Source: a virus | Lineage: Duplodnaviria > Caudoviricetes | Reading direction: 5' to 3' (one strand) | Length of the DNA: 64,000 nucleotides | Virus record (IMG/VR): IMGVR_UViG_3300033148_005058 | Coordinates: 1,187 to 65,186 of that record | Part shown: positions 38,896 to 46,937 of the stretch, one piece after another | Position numbering within the stretch: position 1 is the first letter of the stretch | Layout: every line of letters begins with the position of its first letter | Notes under the pieces: generated by a model | The model's input: only the letters and a program-made list of their open reading frames with translations | The model's database searches: none | What the model was told of the DNA's origin: nothing | Made by a program: the position numbers and the translations under genes

Positions 38896-39153
38896 TTACA
38901 CTTTCTGCCAGGTTTTGGCTTTAATACTCTTTCTCACGTAACAACGCACTTGTGACTTTGTCCTCTTCAGGCGTATTATATCCACAATTGCCCGTGCCCG
39001 TATTAGCGGGCAATCGAGGATAACGGCCATCCCATCTAAGCGTTCTGGCTCTGCGTTGACTGTCTCCCCCACCACAGGCCCTACGACCCAGGTGCCGAGA
39101 AACCTGTTCTCGTGTGTGGCAAGATCGGCCACGTTGACTGCATACGTAATCAT
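38896..39153 (-). CDS. Hypothetical protein
   Basis: TAATG-coupled start, GGAG RBS. Confidence 0.5.
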   Translation of the reverse strand: MITYAVNVADLATHENRFLGTWVVGPVVGETVNAEPERLDGMAVILDCPLIRARAIVDIIRLKRTKSQVRCYVRKSIKAKTWQKV

Positions 39154-39440
39154 TATGTCAACTCCTGCATATTCATCAGTTTTACCTGTAGCTCTTCCGC
39201 TTCAAACAGGTTAGTCGCGTTTTGGCTAATACACGAGTGTACCTCTGTCAAGCAATCCTGTACCCTTTCCACTAATCTATCGGCTTCCTCAATATGCTCT
39301 ACACGAATGTTAGGTACGTGTATTCGATACTGAGCCAGCTCTGCTCCAGCTTTATCTAGCCAGTGTGCCACGCTTGCCAGCCTAGCTAGCTGCTTCTTTT
39401 GCGCTGTAATATATAAACTATTCCCATATATTTCTCGCAC
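39153..39440 (-). CDS. Small helical hypothetical protein
   Basis: Coupled to neighbours; ends ELT* through the motif. Confidence 0.5.
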   Translation of the reverse strand: MREIYGNSLYITAQKKQLARLASVAHWLDKAGAELAQYRIHVPNIRVEHIEEADRLVERVQDCLTEVHSCISQNATNLFEAEELQVKLMNMQELT

Positions 39441-39652
39441 TATGTCAACTCCCGTACTTCCAATGTTTCTGGGCGCCCTGCATTATCAAGTGCCAGCTTT
39501 GCAGCATATCTTGGTGGCATGTCATTGTCGTACCATGCTCTATATGGACAATCAGGCAGCTCATCAAGATAGAGCCCTGTATGGTAGGTGACCCACATCT
39601 CAACGCAAACCCGCCAGGCACGAAAGTTGGCATACATTTCATTGTTCAGCAT
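39440..39652 (-). CDS. Hypothetical protein
   Basis: G..LDELPD.PYR.WY..DM.P..AA pattern; AAGGAG RBS. Confidence 0.55.
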   Translation of the reverse strand: MLNNEMYANFRAWRVCVEMWVTYHTGLYLDELPDCPYRAWYDNDMPPRYAAKLALDNAGRPETLEVRELT

Positions 39653-39729
39653 AGCGCTCCTTCATGTTGGCATAATTGCTACAGCCTATGCCACAACAGG
39701 GTTGTGGCATAGGTCTAGTGACTACGTCG

Positions 39730-39918
39730 TTACTTGCGATACAGTGTCAGATTCAAAGAGCGCCCGTCAATTTTAGTTGCGCCGCCAGTTGTGGCAATGA
39801 CAAGCGTTTTGCCGGAGGCGGAAGGCGTGACTTGGACTTTTTCCTCGTCGGTTTCGATCCTGATGACAAGTGTGGTCCCATCCATTTCAGTCTTAATATT
39901 CTCCCTGTTGCTGATCAT
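39730..39918 (-). CDS. Small conserved beta-rich protein
   Basis: LVIRI..PSASGKTLVIATTGG motif. Confidence 0.6.
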   Translation of the reverse strand: MISNRENIKTEMDGTTLVIRIETDEEKVQVTPSASGKTLVIATTGGATKIDGRSLNLTLYRK

Positions 39919-39954
39919 GCCTCTCCCTTCATAGGACTAATGAATTGTGCGAAT

Positions 39955-40022
39955 AGCATAGCACGACTTCGCTCGCGATACATCGGCCATTATGCTTAAC
40001 TTGCGCTAGGCATAATGGCCTA
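39955..40022 (-). promoter_or_regulatory. Leftward promoter copy 1 (extended -10 plus 24-bp-spaced boxes)
   Basis: Boxes at 39983 and 40007; TG-C-TATGCT on the minus strand at 39955-39963. Confidence 0.6.
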
Positions 40023-40036
40023 GAACATGTGTTTTA

Positions 40037-40273
40037 TTATTCTAAAAGCGCCTCCCTTATTTCGTCTCTGTTGACTTTGGCAAAGTCGATACTCTCTCCG
40101 AGTACTCGGTCAAGCATGGCTACAAACTGCTCTAGCCAGCCCTCCCATTCGATGGTGCTTCGCCAGACTATACCTTTCCCCTCATTATAGGTGCTTTCAT
40201 CATTTGACAACCAAAGGAATGTGCACCATGTATCCCAGTTTGTCCAACCGTTGTATGTTTCATCTGTTGACAT
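40037..40273 (-). CDS. Conserved phage early protein (YNGWTNW-type)
   Basis: YNGWTNWDTW...LWLSNDE..Y motif. Confidence 0.6.
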   Translation of the reverse strand: MSTDETYNGWTNWDTWCTFLWLSNDESTYNEGKGIVWRSTIEWEGWLEQFVAMLDRVLGESIDFAKVNRDEIREALLE

Positions 40274-40282
40274 AATGCTCCT

Positions 40283-40516
40283 TTACTCTGTAGCTATAGG
40301 TGTTACTTGTGCATTACACTTAAGGCTATATGCGGCACGTGCGGCCACCTCGGTGACAGTATAGCCCAGTTGAGTAATGCCATACTTTGGGGCAAGATTC
40401 TGCAGCCAATTCTTGGCCCAGGCTATAACAAAGTCCTTTTGTGCCGCCGGTCGATCAATGAGGAACTGCCACTTGTGGCGGTTCGACTTCCTATAGTATG
40501 CTGTTATTACACGCAT
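40283..40516 (-). CDS. Hypothetical protein
   Basis: Start re-assigned to MRVIT. Confidence 0.45.
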   Translation of the reverse strand: MRVITAYYRKSNRHKWQFLIDRPAAQKDFVIAWAKNWLQNLAPKYGITQLGYTVTEVAARAAYSLKCNAQVTPIATE

Positions 40517-40517
40517 G

Positions 40518-40736
40518 TTACATGCCCCTTCGACTGTAGGGAACACCCTCCGTAATACGGCGGTGCATTCCCTCCTTAAACTGTTTAAGGATAGCTGCGC
40601 CGGTGCAAGAATACCAGCAGGTTAAACCGCTAGGGAAGGTTTGCTCTGGGTGTGCTTTGGCATATTTTACACCGGCGATATACTTTTGCAGCGACACCTT
40701 GCGACCTTCTGACAAGGTGACATAACGACTTGACAT
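40518..40736 (-). CDS. Hypothetical protein
   Basis: AAGGAG RBS; MSS start within the motif. Confidence 0.55.
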   Translation of the reverse strand: MSSRYVTLSEGRKVSLQKYIAGVKYAKAHPEQTFPSGLTCWYSCTGAAILKQFKEGMHRRITEGVPYSRRGM

Positions 40737-40745
40737 AATACTCCT

Positions 40746-40926
40746 TTATTTTTGGGCACTCGGTAGCTTTGCCATGGAGGGTACCAGCCCATCCATGACT
40801 GCGATAGCGCTTATATTCTCGGCACTTTGGGCACTATTCTTCTCCATCCAATACCTGCAACAGTTTTGTGCCGCAAGTATGGCACCGTCCACAATGTCTT
40901 ATATGCTTGCCACTAGAATCAAGCAT
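40746..40926 (-). pseudogene. Zinc-ribbon gene with in-frame TAG (40834-40836)
   Basis: MLDSSGKHIRHCGRCHTCGTKLLQVLDGEE*CPKCREYKRYRSHGW; GGGAG RBS; 3' end uncertain. Confidence 0.55.
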
Positions 40927-41233
40927 AATGGTACTCCCTTGTATCTGTTGGTGGCCCTATGTGGACCGTTACCCAAGTCTCCACTAAGAATGTATCTTCG
41001 CAGTCGTCATACTTTTGCCGTTTGAGAAAAGCCCAGCCGATAGGACGGGCAATAGCGCCTTCGTCAATATAGACTTTGCCGATACACCGTCCGTATTCGC
41101 CCAAAAAGGACGCATAGACTTCACCTAGAGTATAGCAGTTACTCTTGAAAGGATCATCACCCCCATAACGATACCCTTCTGTTCTGTTGACATAATCTAC
41201 TTGAACCCATAGTGCCGCATCCTGCCCTTCCAT
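40919..41233 (-). CDS. Hypothetical protein
   Basis: EYGRCIGKVYID..IGW.F.KR..Y.D..ETWV pattern; AGGAG RBS. Confidence 0.55.
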   Translation of the reverse strand: MEGQDAALWVQVDYVNRTEGYRYGGDDPFKSNCYTLGEVYASFLGEYGRCIGKVYIDEGAIARPIGWAFLKRQKYDDCEDTFLVETWVTVHIGPPTDTREYHYA

Positions 41234-41307
41234 TGTACCTTCTCCTTTATATTGACATAATCTCCACATGCTTGGCTATAATTCCCATTATAGCCAAGGT
41301 CTGAAGA

Positions 41308-41568
41308 CTATGACTGCTTAAACTTCTCAAACATATCAAGTTGGCCCTCAAGAAACGCAGCTATTTCACGCGCGGATACTCTGTACCATCTAGGCCAGTA
41401 AAAGTCTTCAGCTCCGTGCTCACTGGCAATTTCTCGCAAAGCATAGCCGCCATAACAAGAGACGAAGTCTAAGTTAATATGGCCCACCGCGTAAGATTCT
41501 GAAGGGCGGCCTAGTGCCTCGTTCAGATTGGCCGTCAACTTTCGCAGATATGCTCTCGTGATTCTCAT
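41308..41568 (-). CDS. Hypothetical protein
   Basis: MRIT...L....LN..YGGY.L pattern; GGAG RBS. Confidence 0.55.
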   Translation of the reverse strand: MRITRAYLRKLTANLNEALGRPSESYAVGHINLDFVSCYGGYALREIASEHGAEDFYWPRWYRVSAREIAAFLEGQLDMFEKFKQS

Positions 41569-41611
41569 GATACCTTCTCCCCTCTGTATTTGTATGCTTA
41601 ACTCTGATTAT

Positions 41612-41695
41612 AGACTACCATAGAATAGCGATTAGCACATCGGCATTTTGGCCTATTCTGGTCTAGGCATTTTGGCCTATATCCTACTAGGCATA
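41612..41695 (-). promoter_or_regulatory. Leftward promoter copy 2
   Basis: Boxes at 41640, 41664 and 41688 (partial); TG-G-TAGTCT at the same spacing as copies 1 and 3. Confidence 0.55.
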
Positions 41696-41699
41696 TATA

Positions 41700-42480
41700 C
41701 TTAGACTTCTGGATAATTATGTAAAGCCCCGACTTGGCTTTTTTTCGCAAAACTATCAAGACTAGCAAAACTGAACAGGCTATAACGCAGGGAAGGACCG
41801 GCAAAAGTGTAGATTATTGCGTTATTTTGTGGCCTAACAGTGTAAAATAGGCTGTTGTACTGTGACACGTTATGTCAAGACGTTTTTCGCATAGTAAAAC
41901 AGCGACAAACTGGTGGACAGGCGATATAATAAGGTAAAACGGGCTAGGTGTAATTTTATTTCATTATTTGATTATTTTATTTCTAGAATATAGAAACGAG
42001 CGAAACTGGAGTTTGGCGGATTTTTGCTCCTTCGCCAATAATCGGTCAAGTTGGGCACATACGCGCTGGGATGTGCTCTATATTCTAAGAATAAAATAAT
42101 AAAATAATCAAATATATTTATATATACAAGGTTCCTTTCTTGTCTTCGTGCCTTCGTTTGCTGTTTTCTCGACGATAAAAACAGCCCGATATTTGATTAT
42201 TTGATTTTCTTGCAATTGTTGACTATGTTCGTCAACAATACAAAGACTATATACATAAAATGCTATTCTTGAGTAACCTTGTCAACATTTGAAAAAAAAT
42301 CAAATAATCACTTTGAACCCTATCTATACTTGTCATGACTATTCCATTGTTGTTGACTGCCAGCTATAACAAGGCTATTGCAGTTTATTGAACAAATAAT
42401 TGTAACAATCGAAAAGTCGTTACAAAGCGGGCAGTTTACTTGACTACAACCGCCCGCTTATGCTTTGATTGTGGTATACT
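41700..42480. other. AT-rich non-coding region with inverted repeats (candidate origin or genome end)
   Basis: ATTTGATTATTTTATTTCTAGAATATAGA (~41966) has an imperfect inverted copy at ~42077-42113; further ATTTGATTAT units; no credible ORF. Confidence 0.5.
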
Positions 42481-42484
42481 TTGA

Positions 42485-42709
42485 CTAGAATGCTAGTGGC
42501 ACACGTTGATAAACTGACGTTACTTGAGGCACGTATCGCCGACATCCCCAAACTTCAAGGTATTCACCTTCCCCGACTTTGACAAATAAACTGCCGAAAG
42601 TGTCAAAGTCCTCAGACTTGACATAATTCTTCATAATATAGTCTATTTCTTGTGAATCCGTGACAAGAGCATACTCTGGCCCAAAGGTTGACGCTTTACG
42701 ACTTGACAT
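42485..42709 (-). CDS. Hypothetical protein
   Basis: MSS start within the motif, GGGAG RBS. Confidence 0.55.
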   Translation of the reverse strand: MSSRKASTFGPEYALVTDSQEIDYIMKNYVKSEDFDTFGSLFVKVGEGEYLEVWGCRRYVPQVTSVYQRVPLAF

Positions 42710-42711
42710 AA

Positions 42712-42990
42712 TTACTCCCTTTTGATACGTGCTATCCCTAGCGCGTCAAGTGAAGCATCACAAGACGCGCCGAGAAGGTGCTTCTCCGCTTGACGTAACG
42801 ACTCATAAGCTTGCCCTAGATCGCGCTCTATGCTGGGATATGCGGTCATTATGGTACAGAGTGTCACTTCGAAGTCTTGGACAGCATCCAGCATGGCATA
42901 TAATTTATGGTTTACGTCGGACAATATGGGATTGTAAGGTATGCGGCTGTTAACTCCACGCGCCCAACGCAAAGCTTCCTCGGTTGACAT
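42712..42990 (-). CDS. Small helical hypothetical protein
   Basis: GGAGCATTATGTCAAC start context. Confidence 0.55.
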   Translation of the reverse strand: MSTEEALRWARGVNSRIPYNPILSDVNHKLYAMLDAVQDFEVTLCTIMTAYPSIERDLGQAYESLRQAEKHLLGASCDASLDALGIARIKRE

Positions 42991-42999
42991 AATGCTCCC

Positions 43000-43332
43000 T
43001 TATATTATGGTAAGATAGCCTGTTTCCTCTAGTGTAGCCTTATCCTCTTCTGATAGCTCAACATCCTCTGTAACAGGCTCAACAATGATGGCATAGTTTG
43101 GCCCACCGTAGCCCTCTTTGGGTTCCAAGTCCAGCCTACCGTCACGTCTTATATGCCCACTAGCAGTGTAGCCATTGCGTTGTCGGTCGATGTCGAACGT
43201 TTGTTCTAGTATATCTTGCTTATCCCATATCGCAAGATACTCTGCTTCACTTTTCGTTTTGCACAGTATAGACGAGTGTGGCATATATCCAGGCATCGAC
43301 GTATGGCACACCCAAAGTCTCCGAGTTGACAT
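43000..43332 (-). CDS. Hypothetical protein
   Basis: GGAGCATTATGTCAAC start context; MPGYMP motif. Confidence 0.55.
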   Translation of the reverse strand: MSTRRLWVCHTSMPGYMPHSSILCKTKSEAEYLAIWDKQDILEQTFDIDRQRNGYTASGHIRRDGRLDLEPKEGYGGPNYAIIVEPVTEDVELSEEDKATLEETGYLTII

Positions 43333-43362
43333 AATGCTCCTTTACGGTTTATGTTTGTACCC

Positions 43363-43408
43363 TGGCCTAGCATGGTAAACTTTGGGACACGCTTACCATG
43401 CTAGGCCA
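43363..43408. repeat. Perfect 16-bp inverted repeat (hairpin)
   Basis: TGGCCTAGCATGGTAA..TTACCATGCTAGGCCA. Confidence 0.75.
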
Positions 43409-43427
43409 AAGGCGTAACTTGACATAA

Positions 43428-43613
43428 CTATATGTGCTTGCTGTCTGTCTGTTCGAGATACGGCTCTAGTAACTCTAGCACGCCGAAGAGTATTCTATGA
43501 AGGGCTCGTATTGCGTCAATGTCGGCAGGCTCCACGTCAGCCAGTTCCAATTCATGACGCGCCTTGTGAATAGCATAGCGTGCAGCAATTAGATGTTTTT
43601 CCTGTACTAACAC
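43428..43613 (-). CDS. Small helical hypothetical protein
   Basis: AGGAG RBS and GTG start. Confidence 0.5.
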   Translation of the reverse strand: MLVQEKHLIAARYAIHKARHELELADVEPADIDAIRALHRILFGVLELLEPYLEQTDSKHI

Positions 43614-43634
43614 GATTCTCCTTCTACAGTATGA

Positions 43635-43799
43635 CTATAACACGTCAAGTAGGTTGTTAATTGCCCATATCCGTATAGCTGCTTCAATTTTGTCGGCTCC
43701 CGTTGTAGCAAAGTCATACTCGAATGAATAGCGCTCCAAAGCGTCATATAGGACAATGCGCAAGGCCACTATCGTATGCCCAGCATATATTGTTGACAT
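43635..43799 (-). CDS. 54-aa hypothetical protein (below the ORF-track cutoff)
   Basis: GGAGCATTATGTCAAC start; MSTIYAGHTIVALRIVLYDALERY..LLDVL*. Confidence 0.5.
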   Translation of the reverse strand: MSTIYAGHTIVALRIVLYDALERYSFEYDFATTGADKIEAAIRIWAINNLLDVL

Positions 43800-43838
43800 A
43801 ATGCTCCCTTCGTGTTACGCTTCTTGTGCTAATTCCTC

Positions 43839-44054
43839 TTATGCCCAGCAAGGTTTATCTTTGCGCAAACGTGCACACTCTGCGTTAATCATTGCACCCA
43901 TCGCCACATCAATGTCAACAAGCATTGCTTGCCATCTTTGCATAACAAGCGCTTCCGGTCCAGCATATTCACGTATGCTCCCCTGCAATTCCTGCTCCGC
44001 GTCTTGTAGTTTGCCCTGCGCACGTTGTAGGTAGTATAATTGCCCCGCCTTCAT
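43839..44054 (-). CDS. Small helical hypothetical protein, first gene of the leftward arm
   Basis: GGAGGAG RBS. Confidence 0.55.
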   Translation of the reverse strand: MKAGQLYYLQRAQGKLQDAEQELQGSIREYAGPEALVMQRWQAMLVDIDVAMGAMINAECARLRKDKPCWA

Positions 44055-44148
44055 GATTCTCCTCCCGTTATGTCAAATAAGGTTTGTGTCCCAATTATGT
44101 CAACGTGCTAGGTCCGCACGATTGTTTGTTATTGCCTATGGCGACATC

Positions 44149-44240
44149 AGCATAGCACACGTTGTGTGTTTTCGTATCGGCCAAATGGCGTATTTGTGTC
44201 TAGGCAGTTTGGCCTATCCCTATCTAGGCATAATGGCCTA
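44149..44240 (-). promoter_or_regulatory. Leftward promoter copy 3
   Basis: Boxes at 44177, 44201 and 44225; TG-C-TATGCT on the minus strand at 44149-44157. Confidence 0.6.
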
Positions 44241-44488
44241 TGACATTTGTTCTATTTACATAATGCTTCGCTTTGCAACTGGCTGCAATATAATGATATA
44301 GGCTAGCTGTAATTGTCTCGCAGGCTAGAAAACTGCAAAGTAAAGAAAGAAATAGTGGGTGGGCTCTGTAGATGATGTGGCCTTCCTATTTTAAACTCGC
44401 CCTACTTTTTGGTCGCATACATTTTTAGTAACGGTTTCGCCCACTGAGCCGAGTTTGCTACGGTTTACTGGAGCGCAAAAGGCCAACC

Positions 44489-44517
44489 TTGCGTTCTCTG
44501 AACAGATGTGCTATACT
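44489..44517 (+). promoter_or_regulatory. Rightward sigma70-type promoter, probably giving a leaderless mRNA
   Basis: TTGCGT-N17-TATACT with TG extension; ATG 7 nt downstream at 44524. Confidence 0.6.
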
Positions 44518-44523
44518 GAGGGT

Positions 44524-45108
44524 ATGGAAATAGAAGTACTCGATGCCATAGATACAAAAGCGCTTCCCAGCGTTCTTGCTCAGCATGAGCTAGAGATTCG
44601 CGAGATGCTTTGCTCCGGTTGGACCCCAATTAGGGTACATCGTTTCCTCAAAGCGGTGCGCTCGGTTGAGGTGCCTCTACAGGACATCAGTGATTACCTC
44701 GGTAGCATCCCCAAGGCCGAACTTCTCGACTTTACAGCGCTACAGAAACGCTACAACCAGATCAACATCCAGGTAGATGCTATGGGTGAACTAGCCCGCT
44801 TACTTCGACTAACGTCCGACAGGCTAGGTGCTGCTTTGATGATAGAGGAGGCCAGCGGAACACGTCTGGCCTACGTAGATACCGTTACGGCAAGCTATTG
44901 GAAGATGCTGAGTGAGTATGTAGAGATACAGCAGTCAATAGGTGAGCTTCCTTCTACGAAGGGTAGCAACCCCCCTGTGCAACCTGGGGCTGCCGCTCAA
45001 CTGCTTGGAGGGAAGCCTTTGCCTTCTTTGCGTTCTTTGTTGCTTGAGGTTAAGTATGGACCTGACAACCAAAGACCTCCAACTAATCCGAGAGGCTCTA
45101 CTACGTAA
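44524..45108 (+). CDS. Putative terminase small subunit
   Basis: HTH-like N-terminus and helical body; overlaps the terminase large subunit start. Confidence 0.55.
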   Translation: MEIEVLDAIDTKALPSVLAQHELEIREMLCSGWTPIRVHRFLKAVRSVEVPLQDISDYLGSIPKAELLDFTALQKRYNQINIQVDAMGELARLLRLTSDRLGAALMIEEASGTRLAYVDTVTASYWKMLSEYVEIQQSIGELPSTKGSNPPVQPGAAAQLLGGKPLPSLRSLLLEVKYGPDNQRPPTNPRGSTT

Positions 45109-46921
45109 CTTCTCCCTAACGGATCTGGAAAAGTCGGGGCGCTTAGACGATCCCCCTACTCAGGAGTTATGGAAACAGTTGGCAGAGATCGACCTTGAGT
45201 TCTTTGCTGGCTTCTACTTGCCCAATCACTTCGATTGCGCCCCCGCCCCTTTGCACAAAGAGACCTACCGAACTATGGAGCAGGCAATTAGTTCACCAGG
45301 CAAGATAAACAATGCCTTAGTATGGCCTAGAGGCTTTGGAAAGACTACTACTACAACGTTAGCGCTCCCCCTCTGGTGTATTTGCTTCAGAAAGCGCCGG
45401 TTTATCCCCATTATATCCGACTCACATACGCAGGCCAAGCAACAGTTGGCCACCATCAAAGACGAGATAGAACATAATGATCGTATCAAAGAGGATTTTG
45501 GAGAGCTTCAAGGGGCGAAGTGGCAAGAGGACGATATTACCACAGCTAACAGGGTGAAATTGATAGCCCTGGGTGCGCGTATGAAGATTCGAGGGCGCAA
45601 GTTTCTGCAGTACCGCCCCGACTTGATCATTGTAGACGACTCCGAGAACCTGGAAGGGGTACAATCCGCTACCAGAAGAGAAGCCCACCGCAAATGGTTC
45701 TGGCGCTCAGTTATGAACGCCGGTTGGTCTGATACCAAAGTGTTTGTAGTGGGCAACTTTTTGCACTTCGATTGCTTGCTACAACATTTGGTAGACAACC
45801 CTATGTTCCACTCACGTGTGTATCAGGCAGTACCAGCTTGGGCAGAGCGTGAGGACTTGTGGGAGCATTGGCGTGGGTTAGTTACTAACCTGACAGACAA
45901 AAACAAGGAGAAGACTGCCTATGCCTACTTCTTGGCCCATAAAGAGGAGATGCTCAAAGGCGCGGTCTCCGCCTGGCCGGAGGCATTTAGTTACTACGAC
46001 TTAATGCTCACGCGGGTAGCTGGGGGTGAAGCGGCATTTGCTACTGAGCTACAAAACGAGCCTGTAGACCCCAAGAGTAGGTTGTTCAAAAAGTGGGAGA
46101 CTTTCCGCATGGAATACCGGTCAGCTTCCGCTGGCCTGGCGGAGGGAATCTGGCTAATACCCTCGAATGGGCAGGTGGCAGTGCCACTTAGCGCTTGCAC
46201 AATTTTCGGCTTCACAGACCCTAGCATGGGCGGCTCAGTACAGTCAGATTACTCGGCTATTACACTAATTGCCAAGGCACCTACTAGGCAGATGTTTGCA
46301 ATTGTTTCTGACATCGAACGCAGACCACCAGATCGCCTGATCAATGCGCAGAATAAATGGGCCAAAGAGTATCCCATTGCCCGCTGGCGGATTGAGAAGA
46401 ATGCTTTCCAGGCGCTTTTTGCTACAGAGTCCGCCCGCCGGTCGATGGAAGAGGGCGTTTACCTGCCTGTAGAGCCCTACAACCAGCTTTCTAACAAGCA
46501 AATGCGGATCAATTCTCTACAGCCCGATTTGGAGAACGGCTACTTGATGATCCTGGAGAATGGCCAGTCATTGCTCAAGAAAGAGCTTAGAGAGTGGCCC
46601 ATGGGAGCCTATGATGATGGCCTGGATTCCCTGGAAGGCTGCCGAACGCTTGCTAAGAGCTTTGAATCACAGATCTCGACGGAACTAATCCAGGCTAAAG
46701 CACATGAGTTTGCGCCCAATCAGGCACCTGGAGCAGATATACGCATTCCACTAGGTACAGATCCTTTTGCCAAGTATGATAAGATGGCCGATAAGACAAT
46801 TTATGACTTGCAAGTAGCTGCTGCCAGGAAACAGGCAACAGCAGAAGGGAGGGACCCAGATGTAGCACAGGAGGAAATACCTGTACCGGTAGAGATATTT
46901 GTTCCGATGATGTTCGCATAA
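45056..46921 (+). CDS. terL: Terminase large subunit
   Basis: Walker A PRGFGKTT, Walker B LIIVDD, nuclease FTDPS..DYSA..DDGLDSL; start re-assigned to MDLTTK. Confidence 0.93.
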   Translation: MDLTTKDLQLIREALLRNFSLTDLEKSGRLDDPPTQELWKQLAEIDLEFFAGFYLPNHFDCAPAPLHKETYRTMEQAISSPGKINNALVWPRGFGKTTTTTLALPLWCICFRKRRFIPIISDSHTQAKQQLATIKDEIEHNDRIKEDFGELQGAKWQEDDITTANRVKLIALGARMKIRGRKFLQYRPDLIIVDDSENLEGVQSATRREAHRKWFWRSVMNAGWSDTKVFVVGNFLHFDCLLQHLVDNPMFHSRVYQAVPAWAEREDLWEHWRGLVTNLTDKNKEKTAYAYFLAHKEEMLKGAVSAWPEAFSYYDLMLTRVAGGEAAFATELQNEPVDPKSRLFKKWETFRMEYRSASAGLAEGIWLIPSNGQVAVPLSACTIFGFTDPSMGGSVQSDYSAITLIAKAPTRQMFAIVSDIERRPPDRLINAQNKWAKEYPIARWRIEKNAFQALFATESARRSMEEGVYLPVEPYNQLSNKQMRINSLQPDLENGYLMILENGQSLLKKELREWPMGAYDDGLDSLEGCRTLAKSFESQISTELIQAKAHEFAPNQAPGADIRIPLGTDPFAKYDKMADKTIYDLQVAAARKQATAEGRDPDVAQEEIPVPVEIFVPMMFA

Positions 46922-46937
46922 AGGGAGGGGGACCCCT

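Larger units (their letters stand above)
38887..44103. repeat. Dispersed array of TTGACATAA/TTATGTCAA boxes
   Basis: Exact copies start at 38887, 39153, 40267, 40730, 41187, 41252, 41870, 42618, 42703, 42984, 43326, 43419, 43793, 44068 and 44095, with one more at 33068. Confidence 0.9.

Noticed and set aside
41598-41804. 68-aa minus-strand ORF
   Set aside because: Runs across the regulatory repeat boxes, with a weak start and no RBS.
38887-44103. TTGACATAA repeats as a CRISPR array or integron attC cassettes
   Set aside because: Repeats are only 9-16 bp, irregularly spaced and in both orientations. There is no GTTRRRY/RYYYAAC pairing and no cas or integrase gene.
38887-44103. Complete dif/pdif sites
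   Set aside because: Only the XerD-like arm is present; the left side is usually a stop codon plus RBS at 7-bp spacing, not a conserved XerC arm.
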